Shown here: piece after piece, positions 39,026-49,304 of the stretch
Numbering within the stretch: position 1 is the first letter of the stretch
Layout: each line of letters opens with the position of its first letter
Source: Candidatus Culexmicrobium cathedralense
GTDB taxonomy: Archaea > Thermoproteota > Methanomethylicia > Culexarchaeales > Culexmicrobiaceae
Reading direction: 5' to 3'
Length of the DNA: 64,000 nt
Assembly (NCBI GenBank): GCA_025061115.1
Contig: JANZKC010000002.1
Span: forward strand, 192,001 to 256,000
Notes under the pieces: model-generated
What the model saw: the letters and a program-made list of their open reading frames with translations, nothing else
What the model was told of the DNA's origin: nothing
Database searches by the model: none
Made by a program: the position numbers and the translations under genes

Positions 39026-39325
39026 TTAAGCTCCACCATGAACCGTCGGCAGCAATATCAAGGTGTCTCCATTTTTAAGTTTAGTCTCAAGCCCATCTAG
39101 AGCTCCAATCTCAGCGCCATTAACTAGTACAAGCACATCTGGCTGAACTTCAGTCGAGTTAGGCTTAAACAGCCTCTCCTTCACTCGATCATCAATCAGC
39201 TCTCCCAACCTAGCTAAAGCCTTTCTCACAGTAACTTCATCTTCGGATGGAAAGGTTAAGTCGATCGAATCCCTACCCAGAAGACCCCTTAATGTCGCTA
39301 GCATTTTGACTTCAATTGAAATCAC
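39026..39325 (-). CDS. MoaD/SAMP ubiquitin-like protein ending GG-A
   Basis: LVLVNG, LDGLETKLKNGD, PTVHGGA*. Confidence 0.88.
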   Translation of the reverse strand: MISIEVKMLATLRGLLGRDSIDLTFPSEDEVTVRKALARLGELIDDRVKERLFKPNSTEVQPDVLVLVNGAEIGALDGLETKLKNGDTLILLPTVHGGA

Positions 39326-40188
39326 GCTGATACCCCCTCAAAGACGCATATGTACTCTTCATAGCGCCTCCCCATAAATACTTGCGGTGGAAGTAATTTT
39401 CGTTTCCTACCTTTCAGCGAATCAATAAAAATCCTATTTGCTTCAACAGCATCCTCGCACTTCAAAAGAGAAAGAGGAACATTCACTGAAAGGGGCCTAA
39501 GTGGAATGACATGTCGAGTAGACTTGTGAGGAAGCACCTTACCACTAAGCGCAAGCTCAACAACCTTCTCCTTGGAAATGCAGGGAATGCAGATAACTGC
39601 ACTACATGCCCCTGACTTCAAAAGATTCATGGCATCAAATTCAGTTTCATAGCTTACTTTGAAGCCTTCACGCTTCAAAATCTCCTCAAGCCGTTTAACC
39701 TCAAAGAGCATCTCGTATAAGCTCTGAGACCTCGATCCCAGCGCAAACACCCTACCCCTAAAAATCAATAGTGGAACGCGATTCTTGTGAGCATCCAAGT
39801 CAATTGATGAAACTTCAAAGCAGTCAAGCCTCTTAACCAACGAAGCCAGCTTAACTTCATCTCCCTCAATAGCCCTCCACCAAGACTGCACGAGAACTCT
39901 AGGATCACCATAATCAACTAGGCAAGTTGCAATTAATCGGCAGCCAAGCCTCTTCAACGCTTCAACCCTATGCATGCCATCCAAAACAACCAGAGATTTT
40001 TCATCAACTATGACTGGATCCCTAAGGAGGCCCTCTCTACTCATCTTCCTCATGAGAGATTTCAGGGAACTAGGAATTATTTCCTCATGAATGTGGAGGT
40101 CGCTTAGGAATTCAAGCTTCAACTTGACCCTAAAGCCCCTGTGCTGTAGCTCCAGCACCCTCGATGACACGTAAAATACACCTCGCAT
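39322..40188 (-). CDS. ParB/Srx-like N-terminal domain protein (SerK-related fold)
   Basis: HIHEE, DPVIVD, VLDGMHRVEAL, LPHKSTRH. Confidence 0.75.
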   Translation of the reverse strand: MRGVFYVSSRVLELQHRGFRVKLKLEFLSDLHIHEEIIPSSLKSLMRKMSREGLLRDPVIVDEKSLVVLDGMHRVEALKRLGCRLIATCLVDYGDPRVLVQSWWRAIEGDEVKLASLVKRLDCFEVSSIDLDAHKNRVPLLIFRGRVFALGSRSQSLYEMLFEVKRLEEILKREGFKVSYETEFDAMNLLKSGACSAVICIPCISKEKVVELALSGKVLPHKSTRHVIPLRPLSVNVPLSLLKCEDAVEANRIFIDSLKGRKRKLLPPQVFMGRRYEEYICVFEGVSA

Positions 40189-40189
40189 C

Positions 40190-40250
40190 AGGTCAGTGGA
40201 GGCGCATCACCTCACAGCGCCACTCGGCGCAGATCAATATCATCATCCCT
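40190..40250 (-). ncRNA. Candidate box C/D sRNA
   Basis: Minus strand: AGGG, perfect C box ATGATGA, 12-nt guide, D' CCGA, C'-like GTGAGGT, D CTGA, CCT. Confidence 0.65.
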
Positions 40251-40281
40251 AAGCTTATTTATTTTAAACTCACTTAAAAGC

Positions 40282-41448
40282 ATGGGGCCAACAGTGAACA
40301 TTAAAGACCTGCCGCTCATGAAGATTATGGCTAAAGCTAATCTTGAAAGAAAACTATCATCAGCTTCAATTAGCAAAGCCAAGTCGGACTTCCACGCCAA
40401 AAGAAAGCCCAGACCATGCGGACTAACCATCCACTCGGCAATAGGATGCCCCAACAGCTGCCTCTACTGCTACATCCAAGATATGGGATTCGACTTCGCA
40501 GAAGCTAAGCCTTATGGGCTAACAGGAGACGAATTGCTATACGCGCTCCTCACAAACCCATACTTCATCCCAAGCAGGTGGGGAACATTTCTTGCTTTTG
40601 GAAGCATAGCAGACCCATTTAATGTTGCAGCAACCAACAAGACGATAGAGTATCTAAATACAATCAGCATACTAGGCAACCCCTGCCAATTCTCAACTAA
40701 AGCCCACATCGATGAGGGCCTAGCCCTAAAGCTTTCAAGCATCAACACTCCAATCAGCCCACTAGTGACTATAGTTACAATTGAAAAAGCAAGAATACTT
40801 GAGCCGCTAGCGCCCTCAATTGAAGAAAGACTTGAAACAATTAGAAACTTGAAAGAAAAGAAACTCAAGCCAATGCTATTCCTCAGACCAATAATACCGG
40901 GAGTAACCGACAACGAGCTCAGCAACATACTCAAGGCTGCAAAAAAGGCCGGAGCAGTTGGAGTGGTTGTGGGAGGATTAAGGATAACTAGGAGAATAAT
41001 TGAAAGACTGAGAAGCGCCAAAGTGGATGTAAAGCCAATACTTGAAAGAGCTCCAAAGGTCAAGTTGACTGAAGCGCAAATCCAAATAAGAAGCGCAGAC
41101 TTAAAAAGGAAAGCCATGACTGAAGCGAGGAAAATCGGGTTAATACCATTTTCCTCAGCATGCTGCGCAACAGCCTACGTAGCTGGCGTTCCATGCATAA
41201 ATCTATGCTGGCTTAAAGGAAGCTGCACAAAATGCCCCAATAATTGTCCAAGCAAAGTTCCTGAAATGAGTGAAAAGGACGTAAGTGAAGTTTTCAGAGC
41301 TATGGCTAAAGAGAAGGCATTAAGCGTGGAGGTTTCCCCAAGCATGGTGAAGATCGAAACGAGCAAAAAGCTGAGCAGGAGAAGCAAGGACGCTCTGAAG
41401 TATGCATTAAAAGTAATTCTAAGGAGAAAAGTCTTAATTAAACCATGA
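40282..41448 (+). CDS. Radical SAM protein
   Basis: CPNSCLYC (CxxxCxxC), STK, RPIIPG; extra C-terminal Cys cluster. Confidence 0.88.
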   Translation: MGPTVNIKDLPLMKIMAKANLERKLSSASISKAKSDFHAKRKPRPCGLTIHSAIGCPNSCLYCYIQDMGFDFAEAKPYGLTGDELLYALLTNPYFIPSRWGTFLAFGSIADPFNVAATNKTIEYLNTISILGNPCQFSTKAHIDEGLALKLSSINTPISPLVTIVTIEKARILEPLAPSIEERLETIRNLKEKKLKPMLFLRPIIPGVTDNELSNILKAAKKAGAVGVVVGGLRITRRIIERLRSAKVDVKPILERAPKVKLTEAQIQIRSADLKRKAMTEARKIGLIPFSSACCATAYVAGVPCINLCWLKGSCTKCPNNCPSKVPEMSEKDVSEVFRAMAKEKALSVEVSPSMVKIETSKKLSRRSKDALKYALKVILRRKVLIKP

Positions 41449-41527
41449 GGCTAAAGCTTCAATAACACGTAAGCTCAAATCAATAGCTCCGAGTCATCTT
41501 AACGAAATTCAAGCTAAACTTATACTG

Positions 41528-41767
41528 CTATTCCTCCTCAGCTTCCACTGCCTCTTCTACTTCCGGAACTTCCTCCACGGAACTTCTAAGCTTAACTAAG
41601 CGAGTAATGTAGCCAGCAACCCTATTCCTAAAGCGCTTAGAGGTAATGTCGGTTAGCTCAGCAACAAGCTTCTTATTGGTCTCAAAATCTGCTGTAAACT
41701 TATCTGGATACTTTGCTAGCAGCTCTCTAGCTAACCTCTTAACCATTGCAGGGCGCACCTTACCCAA
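41528..41767 (-). CDS. rps17e: 30S ribosomal protein S17e
   Basis: [24 protein letters not shown]. Confidence 0.95.
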   Translation of the reverse strand: MGKVRPAMVKRLARELLAKYPDKFTADFETNKKLVAELTDITSKRFRNRVAGYITRLVKLRSSVEEVPEVEEAVEAEEE

Positions 41768-41883
41768 GCTCACACCCCAGCGGCTTAACAAATTAAATTA
41801 CAGACTTTTAAAGATGTCTCCAGCTAAGCATAGCGAAATCTCTTTAACGAAGAAAAGATAAATAGTATGCGGGTGGCTGCAAA

Positions 41884-42114
41884 TTGCCTGAACTACCACT
41901 AGCACCAGTCGACAGACTTATTAGAAAAGCTGGAGCCTCAAGAGTTAGTGAAAGCGCAGCAGAAGCTTTAAGGGAAATTCTAGAGGAAATAGCGATTGAA
42001 ATTTCTAGAGAAGCAATAGAACTTGCAAATCACGCAGATAGAAAGACGGTCACAGATGAAGATATAAAGCTGGCAGCTAAAAGAATACTCAGAGCAGTAA
42101 GATACGCAGTCTAG
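41884..42114 (+). CDS. Archaeal histone (HMf family)
   Basis: ELPLAPVDRLIRKAGASRVS...HADRKTVTDEDI. Confidence 0.95.
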   Translation: MPELPLAPVDRLIRKAGASRVSESAAEALREILEEIAIEISREAIELANHADRKTVTDEDIKLAAKRILRAVRYAV

Positions 42115-42145
42115 CCTAAACTTCACTTTTATTTGAGGTGAAAAC

Positions 42146-42373
42146 ATGGAGATACCGAAGCCTTTAGTGAAGCCTCCAGCCCTAACAAAGTATGGAAAGG
42201 TAGTCAAACCATGGAGAGAGGGGAGAGGCTTCAGCATTGGAGAACTAAAGCAGGTAGGATTAAATCCAAAAGAGGCTATGAAGATGGGCCTAAGATTTGA
42301 CAAGAGAAGGAAGAGCATTCACGAAGAAAACGTCAGAATTCTAAAAGAATACTTGACGAAAGCTAAGAAGTAG
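42146..42373 (+). CDS. rpl13e: 50S ribosomal protein L13e (short archaeal form)
   Basis: REGRGFSIGELKQVGL, DKRRKS. Confidence 0.92.
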   Translation: MEIPKPLVKPPALTKYGKVVKPWREGRGFSIGELKQVGLNPKEAMKMGLRFDKRRKSIHEENVRILKEYLTKAKK

Positions 42374-42414
42374 ACCAGAAAAAATAATTGAAACCAGACC
42401 CTTTCTTTATCAAG

Positions 42415-42524
42415 GCCGGGGTAGCCTAGTGGTAAGGCGCAGGCCTCGAGATCATACTGTCAGGGGCTGGAAAGCCTGTGCCCGCGATGCGGGCACGTGG
42501 GTTCAAATCCCACCCCCGGCGCCA
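42415..42524 (+). tRNA. tRNA-Ser, most likely CGA, with 22-nt intron at 37/38 (42451-42472)
   Basis: GCCGGGG acceptor, CAGGC-CT-CGA-G[intron]A-GCCTG, long variable arm, G73, CCA. Confidence 0.88.
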
Positions 42525-42697
42525 AATAACCTAAGACCAGCAGCCAGCACAAGCCATCAGCTCACATATGAACACAGTTTCAACTTAACCTCAAAATCAC
42601 TCCAAATCAATTCAACGCGCATCACATAAATCAAATATAAATTAGTAATTCACGTTAGCACAATGTTCTGAGAACTCCATCAAGGCGGGGAAAATAA

Positions 42698-43906
42698 TTG
42701 CTTTGGAAGGCACTTACAGGAAACGTCGGAGTAATGATGATTTCATGAATTCTCTTCGGCATAGGAACATCCATGGCTAACCCGTACTTTTCACTATATG
42801 CTAAAGCCTTAGTGGAATCGACCTACACATAGCCATAGTTAGCTCAGCTAGCGGATTAGCAGCACTACCCCTAATAATACCGGGAGGACACCTAACAGAC
42901 GTTATTGGAAGAAGGAGAATGATCATACCGCTAACGTGGGCCGTATCCATAATTTTCTCTGCATATTCACTAGCTCCAAACTGGACAGCACCACTAATCA
43001 TAAGGATGATAGACTCCTTCTTACACTTCTATAAGCCAGCTCTACACGCCATAATAGTTGACTCCCTCCCCCCCGGAAGTTAAAGCTAGAGGCGTAATGA
43101 TCACTTCAATAATACCAAGCATTCCATGGCTAATTTTCCCTCCAGTTGGAGGATGGCTAATAGACAAGTATGGCGTATATGGATTTCGATTAGCACATAT
43201 ATTGAGCGGATTAACTGGCATGGCTGCAGCCACTTTAAGAACGAAGTTCCTAATGGAGACATTCATTGAAGAGAAAATCAAAAGAAAAATCTCTCCTATA
43301 AAAGCCATATACCAGGCATGTGCTGACGTATTTAAAGTTCTAAATGAAATGCCTCGGCAAGTCGTTTACATATTAAATGGAAATCTCCTAATAAGCGGCC
43401 TCAGCACCTCAACCTGCAACTCATATGCAGTAGTCTTCGCAAGCGAGTACATAAACATCTCAAGAGAAGCATGGGGCTTGTTCAACACCATTGGCGCGAT
43501 CTCATCCATGATCCTCACATTAGCCCTACTACCATACCTCGACAAGCTCCCAAGAAAAATCATCATAGCCTCAGGACTAACATTTACACTTACAGTCTAC
43601 ACGCTTTCTCTAATGAAATATTGGTGTGCATTCGCTTCAGTGATCCTCGCATCCATTGCATGGTCAATACAATACCCAATATGGCAGACATACATGGGAG
43701 ATATCGTGAAAAGAGAGTTAAGAGGAAGGGTCAACGCCATAGTATCAGTTGCAATAACACTGGGACTTCTATGGTCCACGCTAATATCAGGCCACATCTA
43801 CACCATCAACCCACTTCTAGCATTCCAAGTGTCCATTATTGCATGCATAATTGAAGTAACCTACTGGGCCATAACGCTTAAAGAGCCAAGAATTAGGCAT
43901 TTATAA
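42698..43906 (+). pseudogene. MFS transporter pseudogene
   Basis: In-frame TGA near 42746, frameshift near 42812, frameshift in C7 tract near 43068-43074; motif A GGHLTDVIGRR lies upstream of the 43058 ORF. Confidence 0.8.
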
Positions 43907-43948
43907 TGCCAAACCCACTGTAAGGTAGAAGCTACAATATCAAATTAA

Positions 43949-44752
43949 GTGGTGCCCAAAATGAAACTAAAGGAAATATTGGAGCTCCTAATTAAAGGAA
44001 AGATTAGCATCCAAGAAGCAGAGCAGAAAATTAGACTACTAGCTTTAGAGGAAATTGAAAATAAAGTTAAGATGGATTTAGGGAGAGAGATGCGAAGAGA
44101 TGTGCCAGAAATAATTTGGGCAGAATACAAGGACGATGAAACCCTAAGGAAAACAATAATCAAGACAGTTGAAAAAACAGGTAAAGCCATAATATCCAAC
44201 ATTAAAACCGAGCAAATCCCAATCATAAATAGTCTAAAAGAAAAGTACGAAGTACGCATGAGCCTTTCAAAAAGAGTAGCAGTAATCAAGAATAAAAACC
44301 ACGCCAAAGCGGAAAAAAGAGGAAAGGTAGGAATAGTAGCTGCAGGAACAGCAGACATACCTTTAGCCGATGAAGTTAGATTCATAGCTGAAGAGCTTGG
44401 CTGCGAAACGGTAACTATATATGACGCAGGAATAGCTGCACTTCACAGAACCATAAGTGCGGCCAAAAAAATGATCGAGGAAGACGTCGACGTGATAGTC
44501 GCAGTGGCAGGAATGGAAGGAGCACTACCATCAGTAATCGCATCGCTAGTAAACGTGCCAGTTATAGGGCTTCCAGCCTCAATAGGATACGGCCCAGGTG
44601 GAAATGGCACAGCTGCACTAATGTCGATGCTCCAAGCCTGCTCCCCAGGACTACTAGTCGTAAATGTAGATAACAGCATTGGAGCAGCAATATCAGCAGT
44701 ACTAATAGCTTATAGAGCCGTCAGAACTAAATCTAAACAGGTGGAAACTTGA
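43949..44752 (+). CDS. larB: Nickel-pincer cofactor biosynthesis protein LarB
   Basis: R..VPE, AAGTADIP, VAGMEGALPS, GYG, C..G..VVNVDN. Confidence 0.9.
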   Translation: MVPKMKLKEILELLIKGKISIQEAEQKIRLLALEEIENKVKMDLGREMRRDVPEIIWAEYKDDETLRKTIIKTVEKTGKAIISNIKTEQIPIINSLKEKYEVRMSLSKRVAVIKNKNHAKAEKRGKVGIVAAGTADIPLADEVRFIAEELGCETVTIYDAGIAALHRTISAAKKMIEEDVDVIVAVAGMEGALPSVIASLVNVPVIGLPASIGYGPGGNGTAALMSMLQACSPGLLVVNVDNSIGAAISAVLIAYRAVRTKSKQVET

Positions 44753-45984
44753 GAACCCTAATTATTGATCCCAAGCTAGCTGGGATATCAGGCGACATGA
44801 TACTAGCAGCCCTAATAGACTTAACAGGCAGGGCAAGCGAAATACCTCATTTAGCCAATATAATTGAAGAAGAGCTTGACCACTGCGAAAAATTTGAAGT
44901 CGATGTAATTGACGTTAAGAAGGAAGGAATTAGGGCGAAGAGCATTAAAATCAAGCTAATTGAAAAGAAAAAAGAGGTAGAAGCAATTAAAATTAAGGAG
45001 TATGCGAGGAAAATTGGAGAAAAAATTGGTCTTTCAGCAAGATCAATGTCCTTCGCATTAAAAGTGCTTGATGACCTCATAAGCGCAGAAGCAAAAGTAC
45101 ATGGAGTCGATGAAGCCTCAACCCACCTCCACGAACTAGCGTCAGCCGACACCTTCCTAGACGTCATAGGAGCTGCATGCATCCTAGAACGAGAAAAAAT
45201 CCTAAATGAAAATGTGGAAATATACGCAACCCCACCAGCGCTAGGTGGAGGACTAGTAAAAACGAGCCATGGATTACTACCTTGCCCAGCGCCAGCAACA
45301 ATCGAAATTCTTGCAAAGCACAAGTTCAGATACTCCCAAACGCCAATTGAAGTTGAATTAACTACTCCAACCGGCGCTGCAATACTAGTAAACCTAACCA
45401 GCAAACTAGTAGACTTTTACCCACCCATGAAAATTGAAAGAGTAGGTTATGGCGCAGGCTCCAAGGATCTGAAAGGCATACCAAACATACTGAGAGTTAT
45501 TGAAGGTCAAGCATTTAATTTAGCCCAAGACAAAATTGTTGTGCTCGAAACTACAGTAGACGACGCAACTGGCGAGATACTAGGATACCTAATTGAAAGA
45601 CTAATTCAGAAAGGAGCGCTCGACGTTGCCATAATTCCAGGAGTAGGTAAGAAGAATAGGCCTATAAACGTAATTAAAGTGCTAAGCAGATGGGAAGACC
45701 ATCAGAGCCTAATAGAAGTTTTAATGAGTGAAACTGGAACGTTAGGAGTAAGAGTGCAGGAAATTCCAAGAGCAGTAGCTCTAAGGGAAATAAGAAAAAT
45801 AACCGTGAAAATTAGAGGCAGACAACATCAGATAAACGTGAAAGTATCCAAAACAGCTGACGGAAAAATACTGAACATTAAGCCTGAATATGAAGATCTA
45901 AAGCTAATAGCTAGTGAGCTCAACATCCCATTAAGACAGGTAGAAAGCGAAGTTAAAAGGCAACTTTGCAAATTAATGATGTAA
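44749..45984 (+). CDS. larC: Nickel insertion protein LarC
   Basis: GISGDM, AEAKVHG, HLHE, HG..P.PAPAT, ELTTPTGA, KKNRP, ETGTLGVR, KPEYED. Confidence 0.93.
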   Translation: MRTLIIDPKLAGISGDMILAALIDLTGRASEIPHLANIIEEELDHCEKFEVDVIDVKKEGIRAKSIKIKLIEKKKEVEAIKIKEYARKIGEKIGLSARSMSFALKVLDDLISAEAKVHGVDEASTHLHELASADTFLDVIGAACILEREKILNENVEIYATPPALGGGLVKTSHGLLPCPAPATIEILAKHKFRYSQTPIEVELTTPTGAAILVNLTSKLVDFYPPMKIERVGYGAGSKDLKGIPNILRVIEGQAFNLAQDKIVVLETTVDDATGEILGYLIERLIQKGALDVAIIPGVGKKNRPINVIKVLSRWEDHQSLIEVLMSETGTLGVRVQEIPRAVALREIRKITVKIRGRQHQINVKVSKTADGKILNIKPEYEDLKLIASELNIPLRQVESEVKRQLCKLMM

Positions 45985-45993
45985 ATAATAACA

Positions 45994-46398
45994 CTACTTC
46001 AGCGGCACATACATGCTTGACCTTGTAGCTCTCAAGCCTGGAGCTCCATGCACAACCCTTTTAATAGTTATGGAAAACTCGCCTAGGTAATGACCAATCA
46101 TTTCAGGAGTTATAGTTACCGGCACAAACTCCTTACCATTATAAACGTGAATGGTCAATCCAACCATCTCGGGTAAGATCACCATGTCTCTACAATGAGT
46201 ACGAATAACAACCTTCTCTCCCCGCTCCAAGCGCTTCTTCGCCTCCCTAATTTTCTCCAAAAGTTTCCTCTGCTGCGGAGTTAATCCTCGCTTCAAGCTC
46301 CTTCTCTGCCTAGCTGGAAGTAGCTGGATGAACTGATCCATAGGCATCTTCACGAGCCTATCGATAGTGTAACCCCTATACGTGAACTCTTTGGGCAT
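45994..46398 (-). CDS. rps19: 30S ribosomal protein S19
   Basis: [38 protein letters not shown]. Confidence 0.97.
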   Translation of the reverse strand: MPKEFTYRGYTIDRLVKMPMDQFIQLLPARQRRSLKRGLTPQQRKLLEKIREAKKRLERGEKVVIRTHCRDMVILPEMVGLTIHVYNGKEFVPVTITPEMIGHYLGEFSITIKRVVHGAPGLRATRSSMYVPLK

Positions 46399-46468
46399 AC
46401 TATCACCATCACTAAACTTCTAGGGTATTGCTTGTTGTGGAGCTTATAAATGTTACTTTAACAATTTA

Positions 46469-47011
46469 ATGTTGAAGGTGCAAAGCGTGGTCATTGAAGT
46501 GGAGGTTAAAGCACAAATAGACGACCTAAGCGAAGTAAGGGAGAAAATCAAGACGCTAGGAGGAGAACTACAGTCAATAAAAAGGCAGGTTGATGTATAC
46601 CTGCAGCATCCCTGCAGGAACTTCAAGCTTACAGATGAAGCGCTAAGGCTAAGAAAGAGCAATGGCAAAGCATACCTAACCTATAAAGGGCCAAAACTGA
46701 GCCCAAGATCTAAAAGCAGATTGGAAGTAGAAGTAGAAGTCTCAGACCTAAAGAAAACCCTTGAAATACTAGTCAAAGTCGGCTTCAAACCCATTGGCGA
46801 AGTCAAGAAAATTAGGGAAGTTTGGAAGCTAAAAGAAGCAATAATAAATTTGGATGAAGTTGAGAATCTGGGAATTTTCATTGAAATAGAGATCAAAAGC
46901 AAAGACATGAGGAAAGCTGAAGAATCAATCCGTAAAATTCTAGAAAAGCTCAACATACCAGCAATTAAAACCACTAGGAAATCTTACTTGGAAATGCTTT
47001 TGGAAAAGTAG
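46469..47011 (+). CDS. cyaB: CYTH domain protein (class IV adenylate cyclase-like)
   Basis: IEVEVK, DEALRLR, TYKGPK, SYLEML. Confidence 0.88.
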   Translation: MLKVQSVVIEVEVKAQIDDLSEVREKIKTLGGELQSIKRQVDVYLQHPCRNFKLTDEALRLRKSNGKAYLTYKGPKLSPRSKSRLEVEVEVSDLKKTLEILVKVGFKPIGEVKKIREVWKLKEAIINLDEVENLGIFIEIEIKSKDMRKAEESIRKILEKLNIPAIKTTRKSYLEMLLEK

Positions 47012-47087
47012 GGAGAGGACAGCAATTAGGATAATGCACTTAAAGGATTTTAAATAGATTATGAATTGAGGAGCGAGTTGATTAATC

Positions 47088-47678
47088 TTGAAGCTCGTTG
47101 AAATATTAAACGCATTAATTTACTGTGGCCCAACCACCATCGACGAATTAGCCAGAAAAATGCAAGTAAGTAAAGTGAAAATGAAAGATGCAATTATAAA
47201 GCTCGCAAATATTGGGCTGATCGAAAAAATCGATGAAAAGCACATCGACGCATCCATGAAAGTCTTAAACACAATCGTTCAGCGTAGAGTTAAAAGAAAG
47301 GACCTGCTCGAAATCATTGGAAGGAGAAAACCAGAATTTATGAACCACTTAAAGTTACTTGGAAAGCTAAACGAGTTATACCAAGAGCTTATAGGAGAAA
47401 AAGCCATTCCTCAATTCAAGTTCCTAAAACTACCATCAGAAAGAGAACTTGAAATTGGAGAAAAACCTCTTGAAGAGGCAATTGCAGATGCCCTCCTAAG
47501 CATCTTAGCAGATTTAGTATTCAACATACCCATAACCGACGTAGACAAGCTCATAGAGGTACTTAATGAAGCCAAGGGAGAAGCTAGAAATATTGCAATT
47601 GAAATGCTCAGAAGGTTTTACATGGACGTATCTAGGGAATATAATTTGCTGAAAAGAGTGCTAGAGGCTGTCGGGTGA
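47088..47678 (+). CDS. N-terminal wHTH domain protein
   Basis: GPTTIDELARKMQVSK...LANIGLIE; overlaps the ilvA start. Confidence 0.6.
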   Translation: MKLVEILNALIYCGPTTIDELARKMQVSKVKMKDAIIKLANIGLIEKIDEKHIDASMKVLNTIVQRRVKRKDLLEIIGRRKPEFMNHLKLLGKLNELYQELIGEKAIPQFKFLKLPSERELEIGEKPLEEAIADALLSILADLVFNIPITDVDKLIEVLNEAKGEARNIAIEMLRRFYMDVSREYNLLKRVLEAVG

Positions 47679-48904
47679 CAGCTGAAATGCAGCTAATAGA
47701 CGAAGTCCACCAGAGAATAGTTGAAGCAGCCAACATTCTACGAGAAGTAGTTCATAAAACTCCGCTCGACAAGTCGAGGACATTCAGCTCATGGACAGGG
47801 GGAGAAGTCTACTTAAAGCTAGAAAATTTGCAGAAAACTGGGTCATTCAAAGTTAGAGGAGCCTACTACAAAATAACCAAGCTCATCTCCAAGGGCAGAG
47901 TGAATAAGGTCGTAGCTGTCTCTGCAGGAAATCATGCACAGGGAGTAGCATGGGCAGCTGCAAGAGCAGGAATTGAATCCATAATATTCATGCCCGAATT
48001 CGCTCCAGCTGCAAAGATATCTGCAACTAGAGGTTATGGAGCTAAGGTTGTGCTATATGGTAAAAGCATAGAGGACTCATATAGCAGGGCAATCGAGCTA
48101 GCAAGTCAGAAAGACGTTGAATTCATCCATCCATTCAATGACCTAGACGTAATTGCCGGGCAAGGAACAATTGGAATTGAAATTCTACAGCAACTTCCAG
48201 ATGTGGATGTTGTGGTAGTTCCAATAGGCGGAGGAGGACTAATTTCAGGCATTGCAGTAGCAATGAAAAAGCAAAAACCAAGCATTAAGGTTGTTGGAGT
48301 TGAAGCAGAAGGAGCAGCTTCAATGTACAAGAGCATAGAGCGAGGACGCATAGTAAAGATACGCAAAACAGATACAATAGCAGATGGAATAGCCATCAAA
48401 AGCCCAGGGGAATACACATTCCAGCTAGTTAAAAACCTAGTTGACGACATAGTTCTAGTCAACGACTTCGAAATTTCAGAAGCAATGTTCAAGCTACTTG
48501 AAAGAGCTAAGGTAGTAGCAGAGCCAGCTGGAGCAGTAGCAGTAGCAGCACTACTGTCTGGCAAAGTCGACGTTAAAGGGAAGAAAGTAGTAGCAGTAGT
48601 TTCAGGGGGAAATGTAGATGCATCACTACTCGCAACGATATTGGAGAAAAGCTTGATCAGCGAGGGAAGAATTGTTAGAATAGTAGTTGAGCTGCCAGAT
48701 AAGCCCGGAACTCTAAAGAAAGTTTTAGGAATAATTGCAGAGGCAAGAGCAAACATACTAGATGTAGCAATAGATAGAGTTTCACCCCAAATCAAGCCCG
48801 GCAAAGCAATGGTGCTTATAACGGCAGAAGTTCAAGATCCAGACTACATCGACGAAGTCATCATCAGCCTTAAAAGGCTTGGATACACATTAAACATTCT
48901 TTGA
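47675..48904 (+). CDS. ilvA: Threonine/serine ammonia-lyase with C-terminal ACT domain
   Basis: [35 protein letters not shown]. Confidence 0.94.
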   Translation: MTAEMQLIDEVHQRIVEAANILREVVHKTPLDKSRTFSSWTGGEVYLKLENLQKTGSFKVRGAYYKITKLISKGRVNKVVAVSAGNHAQGVAWAAARAGIESIIFMPEFAPAAKISATRGYGAKVVLYGKSIEDSYSRAIELASQKDVEFIHPFNDLDVIAGQGTIGIEILQQLPDVDVVVVPIGGGGLISGIAVAMKKQKPSIKVVGVEAEGAASMYKSIERGRIVKIRKTDTIADGIAIKSPGEYTFQLVKNLVDDIVLVNDFEISEAMFKLLERAKVVAEPAGAVAVAALLSGKVDVKGKKVVAVVSGGNVDASLLATILEKSLISEGRIVRIVVELPDKPGTLKKVLGIIAEARANILDVAIDRVSPQIKPGKAMVLITAEVQDPDYIDEVIISLKRLGYTLNIL

Positions 48905-48914
48905 GGGTGAGAAT

Positions 48915-49304
48915 GTGAGGGAAATCATATTTACTGAAAAAGCACCCAAGCCAGTTGGCCCATACAGTCAAGCAATTAAAGCAGGCAACTTCCTCTTCAT
49001 TTCCGGACAAATACCCATAGATCCAGAAACAGGAAAGTTAGTTAATGGAGGAATCAAGGAGCAAACCAGAAGAGTTCTAGACAACATCAAAGCCATAGTT
49101 GAAGCGGCAGGCTACACCATGCAAGACATAGTTCAAGTATTCGTATTCCTAAAGGACTTAAAGGATTTCTCAGGATTCAACGAGGAATATGCCAACTACT
49201 TCAAGTCCAACCCGCCATCAAGAGTGACCGTCGGCGCAGAAATACCAAAGGGAGCGCTTCTAGAAGTTTCAGCCATAGCATTCAAGAGTGAGAGCATTGA
49301 ATGA
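48915..49304 (+). CDS. ridA: RidA enamine/imine deaminase
   Basis: [20 protein letters not shown]. Confidence 0.92.
   Translation: MREIIFTEKAPKPVGPYSQAIKAGNFLFISGQIPIDPETGKLVNGGIKEQTRRVLDNIKAIVEAAGYTMQDIVQVFVFLKDLKDFSGFNEEYANYFKSNPPSRVTVGAEIPKGALLEVSAIAFKSESIE

Noticed and set aside
43061-43076. Poly-C phase-variation switch in the MFS gene
   Set aside because: Two further upstream lesions make plain pseudogenisation more likely
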